Shown: positions 19,742-29,480, counted from the stretch's first letter. The stretch: DNA of 64,000 bases from an uncultured Mollicutes bacterium (GCA_945936135.1 CAMESG010000004.1:50520-114519); one strand, 5' to 3'. The notes: generated from the letters alone by a model not told the origin. A program made the numbers and translations.

Positions 19742-20682
19742 GCCTTTCTCTTCTTGGTTTTTTTGGCCTTCTTGCTCTTTTCGTAATAAGGACCAATCAC
19801 TTCGGCGAGCTCATTGTCATGATAAAAGAGGTCTAATCGGAAAGGTTTCGCCGATTTTTGATCTAGCAAAGGAAGAAAAACTCTGTCACCTTCCCATAAA
19901 TTAAGGTTCATCATATCTTTCTTACATACCCAAAGAAGATCGCCTTCATCACACGGACGAAGTTCTCCTTCAAAGGATGTAACCTTGTAAAGATACATGC
20001 GTTCGGGCGGAAACAAATCGTTAAGGAAGTCGATTTTCCCTAGGTAGTGATACTTTTTTACAACGAGTCCGGTCTCTTCCAAGATCTCGCGTTTCATGCA
20101 GGCAATGGGGGATTCGCCCTTTTCGAGGTGACCTCCTACGCCAATATATTTCCCTTCGTTGGGATCTTGTTTCTTTTTGACGCGATGTAAGAAAAGGTAG
20201 CGATCGCCATCTTCTATGTAGCAAAGTGTCGTACAGGATTGAATCTTCTTTTTTAAATCGAGAACCCTTTTCCTTGTTTCAATCGCTTCTAGAATCGTCT
20301 CTACAACGCCTTCGAGGTTCTTTTCGATCTCATTGCCCCAAAAGCGGAGAACCAAATAGCCATCCTCTTTCAAGGCGCGATTCACCTCTTCGTCTCGCTC
20401 GATGTTCCGACGAATCTTTGGAATCCAATAAGAGGTGTTGGTCTTTATCTTCTCAAGGTTTTCTTCAAAGCGGTAGCCATGCCAAAACTCCGAATCGCAG
20501 AAAATCGCAATCCGGTATTGTTCTAAAAGCAAGTCAGGATGGCCGATGACGGAGGAAGAATACAAACGGTAACGGACGCCCTTTTGGCTTAACGCTTTCC
20601 GGAGTTTGATTTCGATGCCCGTGTTCTTCCCTTTGATTCGTTTCATGATTTTCGAAGACAAAGCGGGATCGCGCGGAGGCAT
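19738..20682 (-). CDS. fusion of a Vsr-type very-short-patch-repair endonuclease with a NUDIX (MutT-like) hydrolase
   Basis: N-terminal half aligns with Vsr (SSKIMKRIKGKNTGIEIKLRKAL; GHPDLLLEQYRIAIFCDSEFWHG; YWIPKIRRNIERDEE; GYLVLRFW); C-terminal half has a canonical Nudix box GGHLEKGESPIACMKREILEETGL; one continuous 314-aa frame. Confidence 0.75.
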   Translation of the reverse strand: MPPRDPALSSKIMKRIKGKNTGIEIKLRKALSQKGVRYRLYSSSVIGHPDLLLEQYRIAIFCDSEFWHGYRFEENLEKIKTNTSYWIPKIRRNIERDEEVNRALKEDGYLVLRFWGNEIEKNLEGVVETILEAIETRKRVLDLKKKIQSCTTLCYIEDGDRYLFLHRVKKKQDPNEGKYIGVGGHLEKGESPIACMKREILEETGLVVKKYHYLGKIDFLNDLFPPERMYLYKVTSFEGELRPCDEGDLLWVCKKDMMNLNLWEGDRVFLPLLDQKSAKPFRLDLFYHDNELAEVIGPYYEKSKKAKKTKKRKA

Positions 20683-20685
20683 AAA

Positions 20686-22212
20686 TTATTCCTCAATTCC
20701 TTCCGAGCGAAGCAAGGCGGCCTCTTGGAGGCGGCGATAGTTTAACGAAGGATCCTCAAATCCTACGTTGCCCAAAATCACGGCAAACAAACTAAGCGAA
20801 GCGCCGAGGAAGCGAATCACCGCGCTTAGCGTCAGATCTTCTTTGTTTAATAGCAAAGCAGAGCTCATCTTTCCTGGCTCACCATAGAAAGCGACAACCA
20901 TCCATTCATCGGAATGGAAAGAGGAAAAATGGTCATAAACCGAAGATCCCTTCTCCGGAAGCAAGGGAGAAAAAGCCGTCGTTCCAAGAATCTCCAAAGA
21001 TTCAAATTTGGAGAGGCGATCCAAAAGATAGGATTCCCCATAAACAAAGGAATCGTCCGCTTCCAAAACGGAATGGAAGGCCAAGGCCGCGCTGTTTAAA
21101 TTTCGATAGATAAAGAAACGATAAATCGGAGAGAGCCCGGTATTCTTAGGCGTCAACACATCCTCCTTCGTAGGGATGGGAGAAGAAACGTTCTCGCTAT
21201 CAGAAGCAGGTGCCTTATTAACGGGCGAAGAAGGCGCTGGAGCTGGAGCTTTTTGTTCGACGTTCGGCTTCTCGATTTTCGATTCGGCGATCTTTGGTTT
21301 TTCTTCGTCTTTCGCCTTAATTTCCGGAGCCTTTTTCTTCGATGTTTCTTTGCGCTTATTCAAATCCTTGGGCTTCTTTCCATTGCCTTGGAAGTCCCCT
21401 TTGAACGAAGAAACATCGACGATCGTTGGCTCTTCTTGAACGTCTTCTTTTTCGATTTCTTCCTTTTGAAAACGATTCGGTTCAGGACGATGATCGCGCA
21501 AAACCATCGGCTTTTTGTTTGAATTGCCTTGGAAATTGCCTTGGAAAACAATGAGATTAACTTCTTGAGGCTCATCGTTTTCTTCTTCCTCCTCGGCTTC
21601 GATAACCTTGCTAGGCGAGGGGGCGAATTTCTTCTTTTTGTTTCCTTCGAAACTCGGGCGGGCTACCGCAGCGATCGCTTCGAAATCGACGTCGTCTTCT
21701 TGCTCGATTGGTTCAGGAGGAACGTCCAGGTTCACCGGCTTGGTTGTCCTCTTCGAAGGCTCAAAAATGGGTTTAGAAATCACGGACTCTTCCTTGTATC
21801 CGATCGTTTCCAAAAGAGTGTCGGAGTCCAAGACTTCGCCTTCTTCTTCGACGCCGAACGCCCCATGGATTTCCGCTTTGATTTCCTTGGTTTTCAAATC
21901 GATGACCAACGCGAAGCGGCGATCGTTTTTCTTTAAGAGAAGAACGGAAGTCACTTCGTCTTTCAAACTCGCGGCGAGAGGCTCCCAAGAAGAATAATCA
22001 AAATGTCCCGTCGCATCCAAATCGACATTCGTCGGTTCATAATCCTCGGGCAAAAACAAGCAATCTCGGCTCCAGGCGAGCATCCTTAAGGAGGACAAGG
22101 CCTCATTGACCTCTTCCTTTAATTCGTTGACGAAGGGATCGCCAGATAGGAAGGCAATGACCTCTTCTCCTTTGGAGGCTTCGCCCCGATAAACATAGAC
22201 CATCTTGCGCAT
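20686..22212 (-). CDS. hypothetical protein with a long Lys/Glu-rich disordered middle and repeated F[QK]G[ND]FQGN motifs
   Basis: 508 aa; structured N- and C-terminal domains flank a low-complexity KE-rich region; DNA direct repeat AATTGCCTTGGAA x2 near 21520; 3-nt gap to the Vsr-NUDIX gene. Confidence 0.5.
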   Translation of the reverse strand: MRKMVYVYRGEASKGEEVIAFLSGDPFVNELKEEVNEALSSLRMLAWSRDCLFLPEDYEPTNVDLDATGHFDYSSWEPLAASLKDEVTSVLLLKKNDRRFALVIDLKTKEIKAEIHGAFGVEEEGEVLDSDTLLETIGYKEESVISKPIFEPSKRTTKPVNLDVPPEPIEQEDDVDFEAIAAVARPSFEGNKKKKFAPSPSKVIEAEEEEENDEPQEVNLIVFQGNFQGNSNKKPMVLRDHRPEPNRFQKEEIEKEDVQEEPTIVDVSSFKGDFQGNGKKPKDLNKRKETSKKKAPEIKAKDEEKPKIAESKIEKPNVEQKAPAPAPSSPVNKAPASDSENVSSPIPTKEDVLTPKNTGLSPIYRFFIYRNLNSAALAFHSVLEADDSFVYGESYLLDRLSKFESLEILGTTAFSPLLPEKGSSVYDHFSSFHSDEWMVVAFYGEPGKMSSALLLNKEDLTLSAVIRFLGASLSLFAVILGNVGFEDPSLNYRRLQEAALLRSEGIEE

Positions 22213-22287
22213 GGGCTCCTCCTTTTCCTTTTTCCGGAATATCGTATTATGATACCTGAAGGCACCGCTGTTTGGTAGAAAAAAGCT

Positions 22288-22824
22288 ATGATGAGTCTCA
22301 AAACGAGAAGGATGAAATCAATGGATCTCGAAGCCTTGAAGCCTCTTTTCTCGCGTTATGCCTCTTTCTTAGCGAACAAAGGCATTCAGTTTCCCCTTCC
22401 TTCTTCCCTTGAAGATCAGCCCTTCGAACTACTTACGATCGGCAAAGAAATCATAGGAGTCTCCCTTATCTCTCAAAACGCCAAAGAAAAGATCTTCGAT
22501 GGCAATCTATCTTCCTATTACACCTTCTTAGACGAAGGAAACCCAGGTGACCGTCCCCTTTACCTCATTGAATCTTTCTTCATCGATCCGGGCGTGAAAG
22601 ACACGTCCGTCAAAGAACTCTTTTGGCAGGATGTCTCACGCAAAAGGAACGGAGGAGATTTCCTTATCGAATTAGATCAAAAGGACTTAGAAGCCATTTC
22701 CTTTTACAAGGATCATGGTTTCTATCAAGTTCCTTCGCTTTTCGTTCCCCATGCAAAAGAAGGGAAAGTCCTCCTCCATAAGCCCTTTATTCCCCAAGGT
22801 CTATGCAGTCTAGGAACTTGGTAA
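22288..22824 (+). CDS. small protein, possibly a GNAT-like acetyltransferase
   Basis: 178 aa; weak GNAT-like C-terminal pattern only. Confidence 0.35.
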   Translation: MMSLKTRRMKSMDLEALKPLFSRYASFLANKGIQFPLPSSLEDQPFELLTIGKEIIGVSLISQNAKEKIFDGNLSSYYTFLDEGNPGDRPLYLIESFFIDPGVKDTSVKELFWQDVSRKRNGGDFLIELDQKDLEAISFYKDHGFYQVPSLFVPHAKEGKVLLHKPFIPQGLCSLGTW

Positions 22825-24618
22825 CTAAGCAAGCTGAGAACGATAGAGATCGGCGAAGAAGCCGTTTTGTTCCATGAGTTCGCGGAAGTTTCCTTTTTCG
22901 ATGATCGTCCCACCGTCCATCACCAAGATCAAATCCGCGTTGCGGATCGTCGATAAGCGGTGAGCGACAACAATCGAGGTTTTGCCCTTCATCAACTCAT
23001 CGAAGGCATCGCTAAGCAAAAGCTCGGTACGAAGATCAATGTTCGAAGTGGCTTCATCCAAGACGACGATTTCGGGTTGGATCAAGATGATTCTGGCGAC
23101 ACAAAGAAGCTGCTTCTGGCCGGTAGAAAGCCCAGAATCATTGGAAATAATCGTGTCGTATCCATTCGGCAATTGACGGATGAAGTCATCGGCTTTCGCT
23201 TTCTTGGCGGCGGCGATGATCTCTTCTTTGCTTGCCTCAGGTTTGCCCATCGCGATGTTCTCGGCCACGCTGCCTTTCGCAATCCAGGTCTCTTGAAGCA
23301 CCATCCCAATATGGCTGCGCAATTCTTTCTTCGGAAGATCGAAGGTTGAAATCCCGTTGAAAGAGAAATGCCCTTTTTGAGGATCGTAGAAACGCATTAG
23401 CAAATTGATGATCGTGGTTTTGCCGCAGCCCGTCGTACCAACCAAAGCGATCTTGTGCCCTGGGCGGATATCGATGGAGAAATCCTTGATGATGTCTCTA
23501 GATTCGTCGTAGCCAAAGGTCAGATGCTCCGCCTCGATTAAGGATACCGGGCCATTCAAGTTCTCTTTTCCTTCGTCGATATCCTTTGGGGCGGTCACGA
23601 GCTCGCTAACACGGCGCAAGGAAGCGCGCGCTGAAAGGATCTCACCCATCGCGTCCGCGATTTCGTTGAAAGGCGTCATGTATTGATTGGAATAGGTCAA
23701 GAAAGAAGAAAGCCCGCCAACGGTAAAGGAGACATGCACCCAAGAGGGGGATTTCAAAAGCAAGGCGATGCCAAGGCAAATGACCGTGCCGTAAATGATG
23801 TTGTTCACAAGACGCGTGCAGGGGTTGATCCAGCAGGCGGCAAAGGTTGCCTTGAAGGAAGATTTGCGCATGGATTCATTCCTCAACGCAAAGGATTCGT
23901 GTTTTGCGGGCTCTAGCCCATAAGATTGCAAAGCCTCAAGATTCTGAATGCTTTCCAAGGAGAATCCATTGACTTCGCCCATGCGCTTCGTTTGGTCTTT
24001 GAAGTATTTGGCGTTGTGACTGGAAATGAAGCGGCTGACCAAAACCGAGATCGGCGTCAAGACAATGACCGTGACCGCCAAGGCCCAATGAAGGGTGAAC
24101 ATAAAGCCGATCGTGATCGCGATCTGAACCGCGCCTTCATAAACCGCTCCGACGCCCATGACAAGGCCCGTGTGGGTCGTTTCGATATCGTTCGTAAGGC
24201 GAAGCATGAGGTCGCCTTTTTCTCGGGCATCCAAATAGGAAACCGGGACTTCAAGCAAGGAAGCATAAACATCGTCACGAAGCCGCTTCACAAGCTTTTG
24301 CCCAACCGAGGAGGTGCAATAATCGAAGAAGTAACGGAAGATCGTCCCGATGAAAATGAAAACGAGAATCAGCAAGACGCAGATGCCGACTTGATGAAGG
24401 ATATCGTCCGTGAAACCATGTTGTTCCGCGCCGAGAATCAAGTCGATCGCCTTGCCGGTCACGAAAGGAACGGCCATCTTGCTTACGACGGAAAACAAGG
24501 CGAAGATGAAGGAAAGGAAGGCTTCCCAATAGAGGCCCCGTCCATATTTCTTTAATAATTCAAACGTCTTCATTGGGCATTCACCTGCGCTTCGTAAATT
24601 TCGCGATAGATATCGCAC
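22825..24618 (-). CDS. ABC exporter, fused permease-ATPase (type I exporter half-transporter)
   Basis: Six TM helices; Walker A GTTGCGKTT; signature LSTGQKQLL; Walker B ILDEATS. Confidence 0.9.
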   Translation of the reverse strand: MRYLSRNLRSAGECPMKTFELLKKYGRGLYWEAFLSFIFALFSVVSKMAVPFVTGKAIDLILGAEQHGFTDDILHQVGICVLLILVFIFIGTIFRYFFDYCTSSVGQKLVKRLRDDVYASLLEVPVSYLDAREKGDLMLRLTNDIETTHTGLVMGVGAVYEGAVQIAITIGFMFTLHWALAVTVIVLTPISVLVSRFISSHNAKYFKDQTKRMGEVNGFSLESIQNLEALQSYGLEPAKHESFALRNESMRKSSFKATFAACWINPCTRLVNNIIYGTVICLGIALLLKSPSWVHVSFTVGGLSSFLTYSNQYMTPFNEIADAMGEILSARASLRRVSELVTAPKDIDEGKENLNGPVSLIEAEHLTFGYDESRDIIKDFSIDIRPGHKIALVGTTGCGKTTIINLLMRFYDPQKGHFSFNGISTFDLPKKELRSHIGMVLQETWIAKGSVAENIAMGKPEASKEEIIAAAKKAKADDFIRQLPNGYDTIISNDSGLSTGQKQLLCVARIILIQPEIVVLDEATSNIDLRTELLLSDAFDELMKGKTSIVVAHRLSTIRNADLILVMDGGTIIEKGNFRELMEQNGFFADLYRSQLA

Positions 24619-26333
24619 GATCCAAGAAGTTCTTCATGGGTTCCAACCCCCACGATCTTCCCGGCGTCTAGCACATAGATGCGATCGCAATCCTTGATTG
24701 AGGTCGCGCGTTGAGAAACAAGCACCGTCGTTAACTCTCGTTTCGCGATGTTCCGGCGGACCTTTAGATCGCTCTTATAGTCCAAGGCGCTCGTCGCATC
24801 GTCTAGGATCAACAAAGGTCTCTTCGAAAGCAAGGCACGAGCAATCAGCAAGCGCTGCTTTTGACCACCGCTTAGGTTCGCTCCGCCTTCTTCGACAAGA
24901 TGATCCAAGCCATCCGCATAATGACAGAAATACTCGCTGCAAAGAGAATCCTCAATCGCTTCTTGGATCTCGGATTCGCTCAGGTTTTGCGCGCCTAAGG
25001 TCAAATTATCACGCAAAGTTCCTTTGAATATTTGCGGCTTTTGTGAGACCAGGGCAATCTCGCTGCGGAACGTAGACAAGGCATACGTTGGCAAGGGCTT
25101 GCCTCGATATAGCACTTCTCCGATGGTTGGATCATAGAAGCGCTCAAGCAAAGAAAGAACCGTGGATTTGCCAGAACCCGTGCCACCGATGAGGCCAATC
25201 GATTCGCCTTCGTTGATCACGAGGTTGATGTTCTCAACCGCGTACTTCTCGCCACCGAAGGAAAGGCAGACATCGCGAAGTTCAAAAATCGGCGCATCGG
25301 GATCTTCGCTCTCTTTGCCACCGATCCCGTCTTGAATCGGCTCTTCTTTCGCGAAGAAGGCATCGACCCTGCGTTTGGAAGCAAAGGCCTTGCCCATGCT
25401 CGTGACCAAGCGGGTAAATTGAAGCAAGGCTGATAAAGACTGGGTCAAGAACGAAATCAAGGCGACGATCGAGCCGACGCTCAAGCCCGTTTTAGGATAA
25501 GCAAATGATCCAAGGTAGATCATCGCGACTACCGCGAGATTCACAAAACCAAAGGTCAAGGGGTTAATGAAGGAATTGATGCGATTGATCGTCTTCGAAA
25601 CGCGGCGGTACTTCTCGCTTTGCTCCTTGAATTTTTCCAAGGACGCTTCTTCTTGGTTGAAGGCGCGCAAAACGCGAGAACCGCTTGTCGCTCCATCGCC
25701 TAAGGTCGTGATCGCGTCGAGTTCTGCGTTAAGCAAGGCGTAACGTTTCGGGGTGCAACGAAGCACAAAGAAGATCGTGATCGCGCAGCAAAGCAAGGCG
25801 ATCGAAATCGCGATGCCCGCGTAAACATTGACAAGGAAGCCCGCGACCACGGATCCCACCACCAAGAAAGGGGCACGGACCATCAGACGCATGAAAAGCT
25901 GGACGCCAACCTGCAAGGAATAGCTATCGACCGTGATGAGATTGAGGATACGGCCCTTGCCGAATTCATCGATCGTCTTGGAGGAAGAAGCCGTTAACTT
26001 TCCGTATATCGCTTTCTTCAAATCATAGGCGTAATCCGTTGAGACCTTGGAAGCCAGGTATTGCGAACACATTGTGAAAAGGAAGCCAAGGACCGCGAAA
26101 ACGAAGACCAGTGAAGCAAGGGTGAAGATGTAGGTCGTGTCCCCATAATGGGCGCCGTAATTCATCCCGGGAACCGGCTCGGTCAAACCTTGGTCAATGA
26201 TTTCGCGAACCAGGAAAGGAACGGCAAGTTCCATGGTGCACTCGATGATTTTAAGTGTCGGTGCCAAAAAGACCCAAAATAGTTTCTCTTTTAAAAAGGA
26301 CAGGGCATTTATCGAAGCGCGTTTATTTTTCAT
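24570..26333 (-). CDS. ABC exporter, fused permease-ATPase (partner half-transporter)
   Basis: Walker A GGTGSGKST; signature LSGGQKQRL; Walker B ILDDATSALD. Confidence 0.9.
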   Translation of the reverse strand: MKNKRASINALSFLKEKLFWVFLAPTLKIIECTMELAVPFLVREIIDQGLTEPVPGMNYGAHYGDTTYIFTLASLVFVFAVLGFLFTMCSQYLASKVSTDYAYDLKKAIYGKLTASSSKTIDEFGKGRILNLITVDSYSLQVGVQLFMRLMVRAPFLVVGSVVAGFLVNVYAGIAISIALLCCAITIFFVLRCTPKRYALLNAELDAITTLGDGATSGSRVLRAFNQEEASLEKFKEQSEKYRRVSKTINRINSFINPLTFGFVNLAVVAMIYLGSFAYPKTGLSVGSIVALISFLTQSLSALLQFTRLVTSMGKAFASKRRVDAFFAKEEPIQDGIGGKESEDPDAPIFELRDVCLSFGGEKYAVENINLVINEGESIGLIGGTGSGKSTVLSLLERFYDPTIGEVLYRGKPLPTYALSTFRSEIALVSQKPQIFKGTLRDNLTLGAQNLSESEIQEAIEDSLCSEYFCHYADGLDHLVEEGGANLSGGQKQRLLIARALLSKRPLLILDDATSALDYKSDLKVRRNIAKRELTTVLVSQRATSIKDCDRIYVLDAGKIVGVGTHEELLGSCDIYREIYEAQVNAQ

Positions 26334-27687
26334 GCTTATCCTCTAAAATCTCGAAATCGAAAACGACGTATTCTTGGTCCGTATTCGGATCAAGGGCGTG
26401 GAAGCAAATGTGATCTTCTGGGAAGTCAAAGGAGATAATCTGAGCTTCTTTCCCCAACTCCCCTTTGACCAATCTTGCGTGGAAAGTCCAAGTAATATCC
26501 ATCGGACCATGGGCGCTTTGCAGGCCATTGGTATCCACCAATAAAGGCGCGAATTCCGTGAAACGCGTCTGAACCTTCAAGGTCTCCGCTTCTTCGTTTT
26601 CGATCTCGACTTTGGCAAGGCAAGGGAAGTCAATTGCCTTGAAAAGAAAGCCAAAGGAATCCATGAACGTATAGTAATCGTATTGAATCTCAGGCGCTTT
26701 CTCGTAATCGAGCTGTTTCGCAAGAACCGCGATCTGTTCCTCGCAATCCGTTTCTTCGGCAATCTTCACGCCGAATTCATCCTCGATGACCTGCTTTACC
26801 ACAAGATAGTGATACAAGGCGGAAGTAACCGTAGTTTCGGGCTTATCCGTATGGGCGTAATAGTAGAGCAATTCGGAGTTCGCCTGCAAAAAGGCTTCCA
26901 GGGTCATCTTACGATGGACGGGCGAATAGCGCCTTGAGAGGAGGTAACGATGGAAAAGAAGAGGGTAGCATTGGCGCATGATCGCGTAGAAGATATCAAA
27001 ATCGACGCGAACATGCGTTCCCGTTAGATAGCACCTTGCTAGCGCCGCGGAACTTAGTAAGTCCCCTAACGCGCTGCCACGAGACCAAAGTTCATAGGTT
27101 CGTTTCTCAAAACCGGCGCCCTTCTTCTCCTTGGCGAGTTCAAAGGCAGCGGTGCCCGCTAAAAAACAACAAAAAGGATCGGCTTGAGCGATGGGATCTT
27201 TCAAAAGCTTCCACGCCGCGTTTGGATCCGGGGTGAATCCGTTCCCTCCATAGAGGTTGTTGAAGGCCAAAGAAATCAAGGCTTCGACATCGCCATATTC
27301 CCTTGCGAGACGATTAAGAGAAAGGTAATACAATTCCTGGTGCTCTTTAGAATCCGTCGAAATCATTCCATGTTCATAACGATCGACGTAAGAAGAAAGG
27401 AAAGAAGCCTCATCGTCGGCGTTAATCGAGCAGATGAATTCCATGTGGCCGCGATCTAAGTTGGCTTTCGTAAACGGAATTTTGCCGTTCGCATCACCCA
27501 TGACCGCAGGAACGCCGCAACGGGGACAGACGGCTTTCGTCTCTCCGCCCTTGCTCTCCCAATCGTTCACTTCTTTCGCAGGGAAGCGGCTATCGCAGAA
27601 AAGGCAATAAGCTTCCTTGGATTTAAGGATGGTGGCCTCGTTGTTTTTCGTTAATTCTAGATAATCGGCGTACTTCGGGTATCTCAT
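26323..27687 (-). CDS. zinc-ribbon plus Sel1-repeat protein with a C-terminal domain of unknown function; last gene of the ABC exporter operon
   Basis: Start reassigned to ATG 27687 (MRYPKY), since the longer ORF would overlap the plsX promoter region; CxxC...CxxC ribbon (CLFCDSRF...CPRCG); Sel1-like repeats (AAWKLLKDPIAQADPFCCFLAGTAAFELAKEKKG...). Confidence 0.55.
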   Translation of the reverse strand: MRYPKYADYLELTKNNEATILKSKEAYCLFCDSRFPAKEVNDWESKGGETKAVCPRCGVPAVMGDANGKIPFTKANLDRGHMEFICSINADDEASFLSSYVDRYEHGMISTDSKEHQELYYLSLNRLAREYGDVEALISLAFNNLYGGNGFTPDPNAAWKLLKDPIAQADPFCCFLAGTAAFELAKEKKGAGFEKRTYELWSRGSALGDLLSSAALARCYLTGTHVRVDFDIFYAIMRQCYPLLFHRYLLSRRYSPVHRKMTLEAFLQANSELLYYYAHTDKPETTVTSALYHYLVVKQVIEDEFGVKIAEETDCEEQIAVLAKQLDYEKAPEIQYDYYTFMDSFGFLFKAIDFPCLAKVEIENEEAETLKVQTRFTEFAPLLVDTNGLQSAHGPMDITWTFHARLVKGELGKEAQIISFDFPEDHICFHALDPNTDQEYVVFDFEILEDKHEK

Positions 27688-27750
27688 AACGGCATGATTA
27701 TAACAACCTTCCTTTTCTACAAAAAGGAGGAGAGACCACAATCCTCCAAT

Positions 27751-27779
27751 TTGAAGGGCTCTTAGATTTGGGGTATCAT
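27751..27779 (+). promoter_or_regulatory. putative plsX promoter: -35 TTGAAG, 17 nt spacer, -10 TATCAT
   Basis: Hexamers read directly; GGAGA RBS 6 nt before the ATG. Confidence 0.35.
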
Positions 27780-27796
27780 TTGCGCGGAGATATCCT

Positions 27797-28822
27797 ATGA
27801 AAATCATCTTTGACATCCTCGGGGGAGACAACGCCCCTTTAGCGCCCTTAGAAGGCGCAATCAAGGCAATGAAGAGCCATCCGGATCTGACCTTGATCCT
27901 CGTCGGTCCAAGGAAAATCATCGAAGAAGGCCTCATCAAAGCGAAAATCGAACCGTCCCGTTATGAAATCATCGACGCGGAAGAAGCCGTCCTTAATACC
28001 GATCATCCCGCCGATTTCTTGCGCACAAAGCCTAATTGCTCGATGGCGCAAGCCTTTCAGACGTTGAAGAATCGTGGCGACGTCGATGCCTTCCTTAGCG
28101 CGGGGCCCACGGGCGCCTTGCTTAGTGGCTGCATCTTCAAAGCAGGCCGCATCAAAGGAGTCAAGCGCCCCTGCCTTATCACGACGCTTCCTAGCAAAAC
28201 CGGACAACTCGTCCGCATCGCAGATGTTGGGGCCAACATGGACTGCAAAAGCGAATATCTCATGCAATTCGCCAAGATGTCGAACGCTTATTTACAAACG
28301 ACGGGCATTGCTTCTCCGCGCATCGGCCTTCTCTCCGTCGGCATGGAAGAAGGAAAGGGAAACGAATTGACCCGCGAGGTTTATGGCCTATTGAAAGAGG
28401 ATCCGACCTTGAACTTCATCGGCAACATCGAAGCGGATAAAGTCCTCGATGGCATCTGCGACATCGTGATCTCGGACGGCTTCTCCGGGAACGTGTTTGT
28501 GAAATCCCTTGAAGGCGCCGCTTATTACGTCAGCGATCTCTTCAAAGACGCGGTTCTAGGCAAGTGGTGGCGGGCCATCGGGACGATCTTCCAAGCCCAT
28601 GCCTTGATGAACGTCAAGAAACCCTTCAAGCTCGCGAATGATGCAATCGCCCCGCTTCTAGGATGTTCTCGCCTCGTCGTGAAGTGCCACGGGAAATCAA
28701 AAGCGTCCAACTTCGAAGGCGCCTTGAACGAGACGATAAAACTCGTGAACGAAAAACTCATAGAGAACGTTCAAAACGCGATCAACGAATCCTTGTTGGA
28801 AGCAACACCTGCCGCTGAATAA
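27797..28822 (+). CDS. plsX: phosphate acyltransferase PlsX
   Basis: 341 aa; N-terminal KIIFDILGGDNAP and overall PlsX pattern. Confidence 0.9.
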   Translation: MKIIFDILGGDNAPLAPLEGAIKAMKSHPDLTLILVGPRKIIEEGLIKAKIEPSRYEIIDAEEAVLNTDHPADFLRTKPNCSMAQAFQTLKNRGDVDAFLSAGPTGALLSGCIFKAGRIKGVKRPCLITTLPSKTGQLVRIADVGANMDCKSEYLMQFAKMSNAYLQTTGIASPRIGLLSVGMEEGKGNELTREVYGLLKEDPTLNFIGNIEADKVLDGICDIVISDGFSGNVFVKSLEGAAYYVSDLFKDAVLGKWWRAIGTIFQAHALMNVKKPFKLANDAIAPLLGCSRLVVKCHGKSKASNFEGALNETIKLVNEKLIENVQNAINESLLEATPAAE

Positions 28823-28828
28823 AAATCG

Positions 28829-28854
28829 CGGGCTCCGATTTGGAGCCCGTTTTT
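28829..28854. terminator. bidirectional rho-independent terminator
   Basis: Perfect 8-bp stem CGGGCTCC-gattt-GGAGCCCG flanked by an A-run and a T-run. Confidence 0.6.
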
Positions 28855-29450
28855 CATTCCTTTTCTTCAACCGGAATGCCTTTTTTCTTCTTGACGTAAT
28901 GGACGATCTCTTTAAGGCCAGGGAAGATCAAGCCCGTGGTCAAGAGTTCGAAGAAGAGCAAGATCACGTGCGTGGAAGCGTGATGCTCGGACGGATTGAT
29001 AATCAAGAGAATGGAAAGAGTAATACCGACCAAGGATTCCGCGATCGAGAGGAAAACAGGTTCCTTATGGAAGATTTCGATCACGCTTTCTTCGAGTTCA
29101 AGGGATTCGCGAAGCATCGACCAAACCGCCCAAACCACGCAGACGGAGGTATATTCAACGGAGCCGGATTCCCCCAAATCTCCAAAGCAAAGAACAACGA
29201 TGCCAAGCAAGATCTCCAAGAGGCCCCAAAAGAAACGATTGTTCTTTTTGAAGCTCTTCTTAAGAACCAAATGAAGGACACAGGCCTCGACGCCATAAAC
29301 GACCATTAAGGATCCGACGAGGTAGTTCAAGCTATGAACAAACTGTTCGCGGAACACCAAAACGAGGATCGCGGCGATCGTCCAAAGGACCGCTTTGACG
29401 GGTTTCCATATCTTCATTACCATATTTTTGCTTATCCTGCTTTCTAACAA
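28854..29450 (-). CDS. small polytopic membrane protein
   Basis: 198 aa hydrophobic ORF immediately downstream of the hydrogenase-like gene. Confidence 0.45.
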   Translation of the reverse strand: MLESRISKNMVMKIWKPVKAVLWTIAAILVLVFREQFVHSLNYLVGSLMVVYGVEACVLHLVLKKSFKKNNRFFWGLLEILLGIVVLCFGDLGESGSVEYTSVCVVWAVWSMLRESLELEESVIEIFHKEPVFLSIAESLVGITLSILLIINPSEHHASTHVILLFFELLTTGLIFPGLKEIVHYVKKKKGIPVEEKE

Positions 29451-29480
29451 CCGCGCAAATTCGGCTTATCTCTTCCTATT

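Noticed and set aside
27688-27939. 84-codon N-terminal extension of ORF 26323-27939
   Set aside because: It would overlap the plsX promoter and start and has no protein-like features. MRYPKY at 27687 has a proper AGGAAGG RBS.
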